The notes below the pieces were generated by a model, which worked only from the letters and a program-made list of their open reading frames with translations, ran no database searches and was not told the DNA's origin. Made by a program: the position numbers and the translations under genes. A DNA stretch of 64,000 bases from Amoebophrya sp. A120 (lineage: Eukaryota; Protista; Dinoflagellata), in NCBI GenBank assembly GCA_905178155.1, contig CAJINV010000003.1, positions 2,127,065-2,191,064 of the forward strand, read 5' to 3'. Positions 1 through 10,300 of the stretch are shown in pieces; the first letter of the stretch is position 1, and every line of letters begins with the position of its first letter.

Positions 1-43
1 TGACTCTACGACTTTATATTCAGTTTGACTTTGAGCGATTCTT

Positions 44-2038
44 TTAGCACTCCACAAGAGAAAACGACGTGTGGCTACGGGCGTCCGTCAGGGTCGCGTA
101 GCGCTTTGGCCACTGCTTCAAGAACGACAACACACCGCCCGTTGGCTTTCCAAAAACCGCACAAATCCGCTTCCACTCCGGATCGCCACCGATGCAGGAG
201 AGAGCCACTCGACCGTGTTGCCCGACTTCCATCAGAAGAACGTGAGCGAGCTGATCCGTGAGGGATTGCGCTTCGGCATCCCAGGGCTTCGCGGTCGTGG
301 ACGAACTTGTCATCGCCAGAACAGAGCGCGAGGGCTGGAAAGGTGGAATTTGTTGGTCCTTCTTCGTGGCCAACGAGTTCCCGACGAGCTGCTTTTCCTT
401 CCTGGCCAGGATGGTCTGTCGGATCCGCGCGGCACTGTCCGTCGAGGAGGAGGGTGTAGAATTGACACCGACTGCGCCGTCGCCTGCGGGAATGTACCGT
501 ACATAGGAAGTGCCATCCTGAATGTGCTTGAGCAACTCATAGCGGTCAGGAAAAAAATTCAAAAATCCCCTGATGCCGCCCACCGGTTCACCGAAAAAAG
601 CGACAATCCTCCTCCACTCCTCATCGCTACTAATTGCGGACACGGTTAGCAGCGCTATGTTCGCGGTGTTCCCCAGCACTCCGGGCCCGTTCGCAGCAAG
701 TAGATACTGGATTAGCCTGTCCGTCAACATCTGGGCCTCATTCCACCACACCCCTTTCTTGGTACCAAATTTGCAAGCGCTGGATGGTCGGAAGTCGAAA
801 GCGGGAAAGGCGGCTCCCTTCAAAACGCGCTTGTCCGGTGGCGCCCTGGCATCAACCGCCGCCTTGATCTTCGCGAATGTGTCGGGTTGCCGGCCGACCA
901 GCTGCACGACGGTGTGGCTCAGCATGTTCGTGAACACTTCATACCGTGTGGGAAAGAGCTCGACGAAACCCAGGGCGGGCGAGGAACTGGCTTTCCCGGT
1001 GGGCTTATTTCCCCACTTCTTCACAAGCTGCTTGTACTCAGCGTCTCCCCCTATCGAGGACAGTGCGATGGGCTGGGCTGGGTCTGCTGAAGCAAAAAGA
1101 CGCAGGAGGACGCTGTCGGCCTTTCTCTGCGCATGCCTTGGCCAGACGCACTCTGTGGAGGGCTCGAAGGAACGAACCCCAGCGCCCGCCTCGGATGCAT
1201 CATCCGCCGAGGAGTCTCCTTCTGTTTCATCTCTTTGCTCATCCATGAAGAGCTCACACAGCTCGGCGCTTTCCCTCCACTCTTCCCCATGTACTGGCAC
1301 GACGTGGGTCTTGACGAAAAAAACAAGGATCCCGTCGTAAGTATTTTGCTCGGGATGCACGTCGAGAAGAACCCGGCACGCAGGTAGTAGCAAATGCAAT
1401 AGCTTCACAGGAAGGCCGACTTGCCGCAGCCACTGCTTCTTACGCTCTTCCGCTTCCTTTTTCAAGCCCTGCGCCTGCCGGAGCGCGAACATGGTAACGT
1501 GGTCGCTGTGCAGCTGGGAAGTGCAACTACTAGAGCGCGACGGCTGCGACGTGTCCACTATCACCGCCCGACGTGCTTCACTCTTATCCCGTAGCCTCAC
1601 CACCAACTTTCTCCTTTGCTCCGCGGCGGCACCAGTGCCGACGCAACGCGCTATTGTGTCCGAGTTCACAACGGAGAGACGGACCTCGTCATCTTCGATC
1701 GTGTTGATTAATTCCCGCACACTGACCAACAACGCATATTCTGCGTCCTTCAGCGATCCGCGGCTGTCCATCACCATCATATTTAACTGCTTGAGATTTA
1801 AACGCGTGCTGTCCAAAAGTTCGCGGCACGCAGTCGCAGCGCCGTTCTCGCGGAGTATAAGCTCTGCCGCCTTTCGCAGTTTTACCAATGCCATCTCGAC
1901 GCTTGGGCTCCCTGGAGATCTCACACCGCCCTGTCCGCGCGACACTATCTCATAATGGTAGTGCAGGGTGAGGCCCTCGAGAGCGGCCCGGGGAGGAGCT
2001 GTAAGCAGGTCATGCTCAGCTGGGGGTGGACACGGCAT
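44..2038 (-). CDS. Hypothetical protein, 664 aa; N-terminal domain shared with the adjacent paralogue plus three ~70-aa C-terminal repeats (possible LOTUS/OST-HTH-like winged helix)
   Basis: Intronless ORF. The first ~270 aa are highly similar to ORF 2799-3677 (e.g. LNLKQLNMMVMDSRG, YALLVSVRELINTIEDDEVRLSV). A repeated motif W..EAQ.LTD.L...ALS.I..D.EW.RI...FG.P.GG...FL..(F/W)P.RY occurs three times (first copy more diverged). Confidence 0.8.
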   Translation of the reverse strand: MPCPPPAEHDLLTAPPRAALEGLTLHYHYEIVSRGQGGVRSPGSPSVEMALVKLRKAAELILRENGAATACRELLDSTRLNLKQLNMMVMDSRGSLKDAEYALLVSVRELINTIEDDEVRLSVVNSDTIARCVGTGAAAEQRRKLVVRLRDKSEARRAVIVDTSQPSRSSSCTSQLHSDHVTMFALRQAQGLKKEAEERKKQWLRQVGLPVKLLHLLLPACRVLLDVHPEQNTYDGILVFFVKTHVVPVHGEEWRESAELCELFMDEQRDETEGDSSADDASEAGAGVRSFEPSTECVWPRHAQRKADSVLLRLFASADPAQPIALSSIGGDAEYKQLVKKWGNKPTGKASSSPALGFVELFPTRYEVFTNMLSHTVVQLVGRQPDTFAKIKAAVDARAPPDKRVLKGAAFPAFDFRPSSACKFGTKKGVWWNEAQMLTDRLIQYLLAANGPGVLGNTANIALLTVSAISSDEEWRRIVAFFGEPVGGIRGFLNFFPDRYELLKHIQDGTSYVRYIPAGDGAVGVNSTPSSSTDSAARIRQTILARKEKQLVGNSLATKKDQQIPPFQPSRSVLAMTSSSTTAKPWDAEAQSLTDQLAHVLLMEVGQHGRVALSCIGGDPEWKRICAVFGKPTGGVLSFLKQWPKRYATLTDARSHTSFSLVEC

Positions 2039-2798
2039 TTTGATACCAAGTACTTTTGTTGTTCTTTACAGACAATTAGACTTTCGAATAAAAAAATAAA
2101 CAAGCGACAAAACAAAATACATCAATATTTCGATTTCCAATGAAAGGTGCGTACTCGTCCCTGAAGGCGATACTCGCAAACACACGAAACTACATGGCCA
2201 AAACCCATACTTACGTACTTGACACCTATGAAGTTTCTATTTTTTTTTCTCTACGCTCCGGTAAGTATCCCGAAGTTCGAAAGTAATGGCCGGGCACAGC
2301 AAAGAAAAGCAATGCCCGTAAAGAGGAAAGATTGATGAGGATATGACGCAAAGCCTCTCTGCCTATGCACACACAGGCACAGACAAGAGGTCAAGCGACC
2401 CGCAAAATAAAAAAACCTGGATCCATCACGCGGTCTGTCTCGCTCCCGCGCCAGAAGGATCCACCACGCGTCGTGCACTCTCAAGTTAGAAATGATCATG
2501 AGCAAATAATGTGATTGCACGGAAACGCTTCTGCGGGATGAACAAAACTTCCACACACGCAGTTGTCCTTTTGAAGAGTCCGTGTCAGACGATTGTAGTC
2601 GATGAGTAAGTTGATTCGTTTTCGTACTGTCACTTTTGCTTTTCATCTTTCTCTGTGCTTGTACTTTCATCTTTCTCAACTTTAATTTACAAAAAACCCA
2701 TATGCTCGTCATCAGTTTCTGTGTGCGCGCTATTGGCGCCGACTTTTTCCAAGCCTGTGAAGATTTTTATACTTTTTTGCTTTTCGGTTTTTTCATAA

Positions 2799-3677
2799 TC
2801 ACGTCATGGAGGTTTTCAGTCTTTTACAGACCGGCCCTTCTGTCTCTGGTTCTGTCTCCACTTCGTCTTCCGCCAGGAGCTCACACAGCTCGCTGCTTTC
2901 GTTCCACTCCTCCCCATGCACTGGCACCACTTCACTCTTCACGAAGTAAACGATGAGCCCATCGTAACGACTTTGGTCGGGGTGCACGTCGCGGATAAGG
3001 CGGCAAGCAGGCAGCAGCAAATGCAACAACTTCACAGGGAGATCGACGTGCCGCAACCACTGTTCCTTACGCTCTTCTACGTCCTGTTTCAACCCTTGCG
3101 CATGCCGCAGTGCGAACGTGGTGATGTGGTCGCTGTGGGAAGTAAAGCGCGTCTGCTCCGGCATGTCCACTGTCGCCTCCCGCCGCGCTTCACTCTTGAT
3201 GTCCCGCAGCCTCAGAACCAACTTCCTCCTTTGCTCCGCGGCGGCACCAGTGCCAATGCAGCGGGCTATCGTGTCCGAATTCATAACGGAGAGACGGACC
3301 TCGTCATCTTCGATCGTGTTGATTAATTCCCGCACACTGACCAACAACGCATACTCCGCGTCGTTCAGAACTCCGCGGCTGTCCATTACCATCATATTCA
3401 ACTGCTTGAGATTTAAACGCGTGCGCTCCAAAAGCTCCTGGCACACAGAACCGTTCTCGCGGGAAATGAGCTCTGCCGCCTCTTGCAGTTTTTGCAACGC
3501 CATCTCGACTGCTGGGCTCCCGGGAGATTTCGCAGCGCCCGGGCGCGAAACTATCTGATAATGGTAGTGCAGGGTGAGGCCCTCGACATCTACCGGGGGC
3601 GGAGGCACAAGGAGGTCACGCGCAGCAGGGCAGGGACACGGCATTTTGATTTTTTCGCGTGGTTGTTCTTGTTTCAC
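2799..3677 (-). CDS. Hypothetical protein, tandem paralogue of 44-2038 lacking the C-terminal repeats
   Basis: 292-aa ORF with clear protein and nucleotide similarity to the N-terminal part of 44-2038. Upstream flanks are also similar (2040-2105 vs 3645-3720). Confidence 0.8.
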   Translation of the reverse strand: MKQEQPREKIKMPCPCPAARDLLVPPPPVDVEGLTLHYHYQIVSRPGAAKSPGSPAVEMALQKLQEAAELISRENGSVCQELLERTRLNLKQLNMMVMDSRGVLNDAEYALLVSVRELINTIEDDEVRLSVMNSDTIARCIGTGAAAEQRRKLVLRLRDIKSEARREATVDMPEQTRFTSHSDHITTFALRHAQGLKQDVEERKEQWLRHVDLPVKLLHLLLPACRLIRDVHPDQSRYDGLIVYFVKSEVVPVHGEEWNESSELCELLAEDEVETEPETEGPVCKRLKTSMT

Positions 3678-3859
3678 AGATAGTTACAGTCTCGAATAAA
3701 AAAAAGCGAGCAAGAGCAACAGCATAGAGTATTTCCAACGATACGTAGTCGTACTCAGACTCATGTCTGAAAGGAGACAATGTTCGAAAAAAAAACCGAA
3801 CAACAGCGGAAGCCCCATGCCCATGTGCTGGCGGGCTACGAGTTCTTTATCTGAGGACA

Positions 3860-4046
3860 AAGATTCTTGTAGTCGTTGAGTTAATTGATGAGTCGTACCT
3901 TTCATCTTTGTGCTTCTTGCATTCTTCACTTGGTAGCATTCGTTGGGCATCAGATTCGATGCGTACGTTTGCATCGAGTTTTCTAGGCCTCTGTAATTTA
4001 TTTCATGTTCACGTCATAGTTTCCAGCCTTTTACAGACCGTCGGCC
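3860..4046 (-). repeat. Remnant of a third tandem-duplication unit (intergenic segment plus last codons of the paralogue)
   Basis: ttgtagtcg.tgagt.a.ttgat at ~3868 matches ~2593. tcacgtcatagtttccagccttttacagaccg (~4008-4040) matches tcacgtcatggaggttttcagtcttttacagaccg (2799-2832). Confidence 0.6.
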
Positions 4047-4303
4047 ACAGTTGCAATCGGATTTTACATTTACATTGTTTAGACGTTTAATTCTAACTTA
4101 CTCATGTACCAGCATAGATCTTACACTAAATCTGGAGTTGTACTGCTCAAGCATGTGAAGAATTGAGATGGTTCTTAGCTTACTGAGGAGGAATGGCACG
4201 TCACGATGACAGGCGGCATGGCTTGATACAAAACAAGGGTCGTCGAAGAATAAGCAAGAAAAGCTCTTTTACAAATAAATGGATCGCAATTCGCCCCGCA
4301 GCT

Positions 4304-7300
4304 CTACTCGTGGTTCTCTGGCAAGATGAAAAGGTTGTTTCTCGGCGAGGAAAAAAGGAATCGTCCTTCGATGCAGGCCGGGCGACGGGGCAGAGCCTCA
4401 AAGAGCCGATCACCCGTGTCCGCTCTGTCGGATCCCAGTAAGGCTCGGGTTCGCGCTTCAAAACCAGCGGGGGATGTCCGCAGCGGTTCCACCGTCTTGA
4501 TTCCCTTATCCGCTCGTAGCTTAGGCGATCCGTAGTAGGGTGAATGCACCTTGTTCCCGCCTGGACTCCTGTGCATTCCCGCGGCTCCTTTGGTTCCCTT
4601 GGCCAACATAGCCATGCGCGGAGAGTCTCCATACACTTTCTGTCGGAGGGAGGGGGAAATCTCATCGACCATCCGCAACAGCGTCAGGGGCGACTCTTCA
4701 GAAAATGGGTGCGTAGACAATTTTCCGGGCGATGCTGCGGCCTTAGTCGACGCCATCTTCTCGACGATATGATCTGCTCCTCTGGAGGCAGGAACGCCTT
4801 CGTGAGGACCGGCAGGCTGCCCATGGAGAGCGGCGACCAATAGCAGACTCGCATGACTTACGAACAGCGTCTCGCAGGTGTCCGCCGCAACCAGCTTCAG
4901 GTCCGAGGCGAGATCTCGTTCCATTAGCGCATTGTACTCACGAAGCCGAGCGCTCATCTGCATAGGCGGCGGTGTCTGACTGCTGTTCTGCCTCGCTGTT
5001 GCGCCGCTGTTCTCTTGCTCAGCGTGGGGAATGAACTTGTCCTGCTGTGCGTAGGATCCACCCGACGCGGTCTCCGCTGTAACCTTGAAGATGGCACGAA
5101 ACGCCTGGCCCAAGCCCACTGTCGCGGGAAAGTCCACCGTTTTCAAATGCACGACTTCGTCCGCGTAGAGATCCGCGCGTGCCCCCGGTAAAAGCATGAG
5201 GATCCCGTTCTGCGATTGCAGTACCTCGCCCCGTTCGTACTTGCGGAACTCCAAAATGGAATCCAGTAAAGACAACGACATAGGAAACAAGCGGTTCTGT
5301 CGCGCAATTGTGGTCTGCTTCTTGATGACAGGCATGATCGGGCTGTTGTTGACAAAGTCCGCCGGCTCATCTTCTCCCACTCGGCCTAAAGACTTGATTT
5401 TCGTCATTGCATCCGGTGATCCAGAGGTGGACCCGTGGTACCCTACTACACTGTCGCTGCCGCGGCCTGAATTACTGGTGTCCGGCGCTGACGAAGAACG
5501 TAGTAGGTGGTTGCGGAAGTATTCCAGTGTTGGCACAATCGTCTTTCCAATCCAGACCAAGCCGTTCCTTGCGCTTGTTTTCGACTTCCGCACGGACGTC
5601 GGGGACGAGTTCATTCCAGCTGCCATGGGTGGATACAGGTACTCCACCTCGACCTGCCCATCCTCGCACCACTGCCACGAGGGGACTACTTCCGTAGAAC
5701 AAACGCCCTGGTGGTCCTCCTCCGCTGGCACGGCGAGTTCCGCAAACTCCTCGCTGTCTCGATACCGGTGCAGAATCGGCACTATCACTTGCAGCATCAA
5801 CTGGTGCCATGTCGAAAGGTAAAGCGTGTAGCCGATGGTGAGGCCGTTGGCCTTCCAGCAGCAGGACTCAAAGCTGTTCCCCCGCTTCTCGCGCAGCTGC
5901 TTTTCTTCTTCCTCAGGATCAAGCTGCTCGAGGATCGTTCCAGGAGTTTTCATGTTGTTGCGAGAACTACCTCCCGGGGGCTCCATCATCCAGACGCTGG
6001 CACGGCGCGCGCACGCAAGCTTGCTCCACAAATGCTTCTGCTGCGTGGTAGAAGAAGTTGTGGCTTGATGTGACGATGAAGTCCCTCCAGCAGCTACGAC
6101 TGCCGAACTGGGCTGGTCGTGGTGGTGACCACCTTTATTGCCGGCGGCCATTGCGGTCGCCGACCCCTCCGTCGCTGGGCCCGCGGTGCCGATGGACTCC
6201 GTGTCGGCTGCCACGTTGGTGACGACGACCCACCTCGAGAGTGTGGCGCTTTGGCCTCGCGCAGCCGCGGCTGCTGCACCTCCAGAGTTGCTCGATACGC
6301 GCGGCGGCCTCGCAAGCGACGCGCCGTCCGGGCGGTTGGACGTGCTGGTATTTTCGGATACTTTCTGGACGTGCCCGCGCTTCACGCAGAGAAACGCCAC
6401 GCTCCCAGGCACTCGTTCTCCGGCTGCGAGCACTTGCTCAACGATGCCCAGCGAATCTTGGCCGCCGTACTTCCCCGCTGCCTCCTCGAGCGCGCCGGTG
6501 ATCTCGTTGCTTGCGCGGAGTAGCAGATCGTGCCCTGGGGAGCCCCCGCCTTTGGTCCAAGCGGGCAAGTGCGGAGCCAAAAAACGCGCCACTGCATCCA
6601 CCGCCACAGCCTCGCACAACGCCTCCGTGGTTTCCATTTCCCAAACACTTGTAGAGGTTCTCTGTCTCGTCAATCGCATGGAAGAAGCACGGACGCTGCT
6701 TTTTCGTCTCGAAGATTGTTCAAGTTCTGCCATCGTCGAGCTTCGCTGCACGCTGCGCAGAGAATTTTTGCTAACGCGCGAGCTCGGACTTGAGCTTGAG
6801 CTTGCACTACCACGACCACCTCCGCGATCACCTCGCCTTGTGTTTAGTAGAAGTGACACTGTGGGAGAATCACTGTGCCTGTTCTTGGAGGACCCGTCTG
6901 CGTCACGAAACCTGTTGTGTCGTGCGAGAACATTGATTTCCATTTCGTGTCGTCAACTGCACGTGGCGCGCGTCCCATGTCGTAAAGCTACGTACTCGTC
7001 GCAAAAGTAACTTTCGCGTTAAAAATTGCAGATCAAGGTTTGGCTTGCGAACCGAACAAGAAAGAAATACGGACGCACACTTCGTCCACACATTTGCGGG
7101 AAAACAGAAAACGAAACAAAACCGGTACCGGACGACGCTTCGGCTGGAGTCGCCTTTTCGGAGGTCCTGTGGCTCGTCGTCAAACAGTGCCGTTTTTGCC
7201 ATCGCGAGGCCACTGCTTCGTCCACCAGCACCTCCTCTCCGACTTTCGACAATGTCTCGCACCCTTTCGAGCGCCCGACTCTGGAGAAATTGGCGCAACT

Positions 7301-10300
7301 GCGGACAGTCCTCCAATGCCCGCAGCATCACGGAGCGGTGGACGACCGCGATGTCGCAAAGCGTGTCGCAAACCGCCCCCGTGGTGCGGCCCTCCGACAA
7401 ACCGAGCGCGCACAGTTCGTTCAACAGGTCCCCGTCGGAAACCGTCGAAACAGTTTCGCCGTTGACGGTGACGCGAACCCTCCCACGAAGGATCACAAAC
7501 AGCGCATTCTTCTCCTCCGAGAACCCGCCGTCGAGCCCCGCAGTGCCACCTGGAGTGCCATTATTTTCTCACATGAAAATCAAAATTTTTCGAGAGAATG
7601 AAACACGTAGCAGTACATCCACCCAATTGTGATTGCTTTTGAAGTATTTGCATGCAGTTAACTTTCATTTCAATGATTGCGCCCGCGTTTCGCAATTACG
7701 TCACCACGCAAGAGGTAGTTATTTCAAATGCAGGTAATACGTTCGGCATACAGCACCTCGTCGGAGAACCCGAACCGGCGCTCCTTGTACAGATCAAGAA
7801 TGTAGCAGAATCTTGTGAGTTCCCGCTCACGCATCTCCAGAACGGAGTCTGCCTCAATGTCGCCGCCGGCAGCAGACCTTTTCGAAGAATCGCTGTAGGA
7901 TCGAAACTCTTGCACAAGCTTGATTTTGCTGAGCAAGCTGCTCATGTCCGGGAGCGCCGACAGACTTTTTTCCACAAGCACGCGCTCGATCCGGTGAATC
8001 AGGGAAACTTCCGGACGGGCACGCTTTTTTGCCCCCGCAGCAGCGGACAAAATATCGTGCTCCCGCAGCAAGGCCGCGCGACTCAACATTTGGAACCAGC
8101 AGGTCGTACGTGCACTCAGTGTAACCGTGTCTGCACGACGCCCACCTTGCGAGGGCAACAGGAGCTCAATGCCTCCGTAAATATCGCCGTCGCACATCCG
8201 TCGTATGACCTGTGTGAAAACCGCCGACATGAAGAGAAGCCTTGCCCCACATGCTATGGCGCCGCCTGGGCCTCCACCAGGGCAGGCCCCCGGGGCGCCC
8301 GAAATCGTGCCGATAACACAGGGGCCCACTTCCGATTTTTGGCGGGGCGCGCTTTTTTTTCCTCTGTCTTTCGCCTCGGGAAAGCATGAGGCCTGGCCTT
8401 CAGTCCGCCTCTGCAGGGCCGCCCTTGGTGGCGTCTTTTGCGAGGCCCGAACGTGGGCCGAAATCGGGCCCGCGCGATGCGGGCTCGGTGTTTTTCCGGG
8501 CTGCTGCTCTGTTGGCGCCCCGTTGTGGGCGCCCAAAATCGGCAGAAACCAAGCAAGGCGGTGGGCGCCTCGAACGGGCGCCCCCTTGCCAGCCCCCGCG
8601 CGTCGTTTTATCAAGCGCCAGCCGATAGAATACGAACACCGCTGGGCTTGGTTGGTTGCTATCAACGCCCCGGCTGCTTGATAAGTCAGTGGGCGAATGC
8701 TTTTTATGTGCCGGAAAAAACGCTACCGACCGCTTGAAGCCTGCCGGGCATTTTGCAATATACCTCGCAAAAAAAAACCCGCAAGACCGGAACGTCCGTG
8801 GGCGCGCTACATACAAAAAACCCGCAAGGGGCTACCGGGCCACCGAAACTGCCCGCCGCGCAAGCGGCCAGCGGCCCTACCCTAGGGAATGCGGCCGGCA
8901 GGCGTAGACAAGCTGCGTGCGGGGCGGCCCCTGCGGCCGGCACCTCGCCAGCTGGTTTTCGGGCCCGGGGGAGTGCCACCGAAGGAAGAATCCCACTGAA
9001 AGGCCTTCCCCAAGCAAGGCCTTCCGGGAAGGCCCCGGAAATCCTTCCGAAATCCTTCCCAAATCCTTTCAGAAGGTCCCGGAAACCCTTCCGAAATCCT
9101 TTCCAAATCCTTCCGAAATCCTTCCGCCGGTGCTATGATCGACCGCCCCGGGCAAGTGGCAGACCACAAAAAAAATTTTTCTTGAAAAGTGAATTTGTAA
9201 GGCGCCAAATGTTTCCGGAATCCTTCCGAAATCCTTCCCAATTCCTTCCACTAAGCCTGTTTCGGACTCACCACTTTTTTGCTATTTTTTCATTGAAAAA
9301 GGCCGCCACTTTTTTGCAACTCGCTGGAAGCATTTCGGAAGGATTTCGGAAGGATTTCGAAGCCATTCCGAGGCACATCACCCCCGTGCGGTTTTCCTTA
9401 TTCAAAGGCGCCGCGCCGTTTGTTTCGCCCGGCAGCCGGCACGCAATCTGCCGCGCGCGGCGCCTTGCCGCCGGCGGGCCCACCTGGCCAGGGCCCCAAG
9501 GAGGCGGGTTCGCCGCCTCGCTTTCCTCTGGTTGCCCTGATGGCATGGCCAGAAGGGCGCCGCCCCCCTCACCAAGACATGCCGCGCCCAGAAAAGGCGG
9601 AAGTAAGGCCGCAGGCGTTTTGCTGGCTTGAGGCCAAAAAGCGACGCAACTTCTATGGCCACCGTGCCACCGTGCCTAATGTTATGCACGACGGCACGGG
9701 GGCCGGTGGCAATAACGGCCGCGAGCAGCAGGCCACTTGGTTGGGCTCGAAACGGAAGGCCTTCGCCGCATGCCATGGCTCGGCCCGCCTGGGCCTCCGC
9801 CGGAGCAAGCCATCCACGTGGGCGTCCGGGGTCGGCCCAGTGGCATAATTAGCATGCGGGCCCACTTAAGCTTTTTGGCGGGGCGCGATTCTTTTGTTTT
9901 TTGCCAATAAAAATGCGGCCCCTGCCCTTGAGTCTACCGGCCCGCGCGCCTATGAGGTCGGCGGCCGGTTGGTGGCGCCCTTTGCGAGGCCCGAACCAAC
10001 GTGGGGCAAAATCAAGCCACCACCATGCGGACTCGGTGTCGTTTTCGTGCTGCCGCTTTTCTGGCGCGCCTTTTTGGGCAGCCGGAATCGCTAGAAATCA
10101 AGGCGCGTGGCGCGTCAGAGGGGAGGGCCCCTCTTTTGCCGGCAGGCTCCCTTGCGTCATTTCATCGGCTGGCAATCGCTAGCAGGCTGCTGCGCCGGTT
10201 TGCATTTAAGGCCCCGATCGCTTGAGAGGCGGAAGCGTTTTGCATTTCCGGCCGCCGCTTGAAAACTGCCGGCCGGCATGCGTGATGCCTGGCAGAAGGG

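Noticed and set aside
9038-9362. Short repeat array as a CRISPR-like locus
   Set aside because: Units are 11 bp, abutting, without unique spacers; eukaryotic context and no cas genes.
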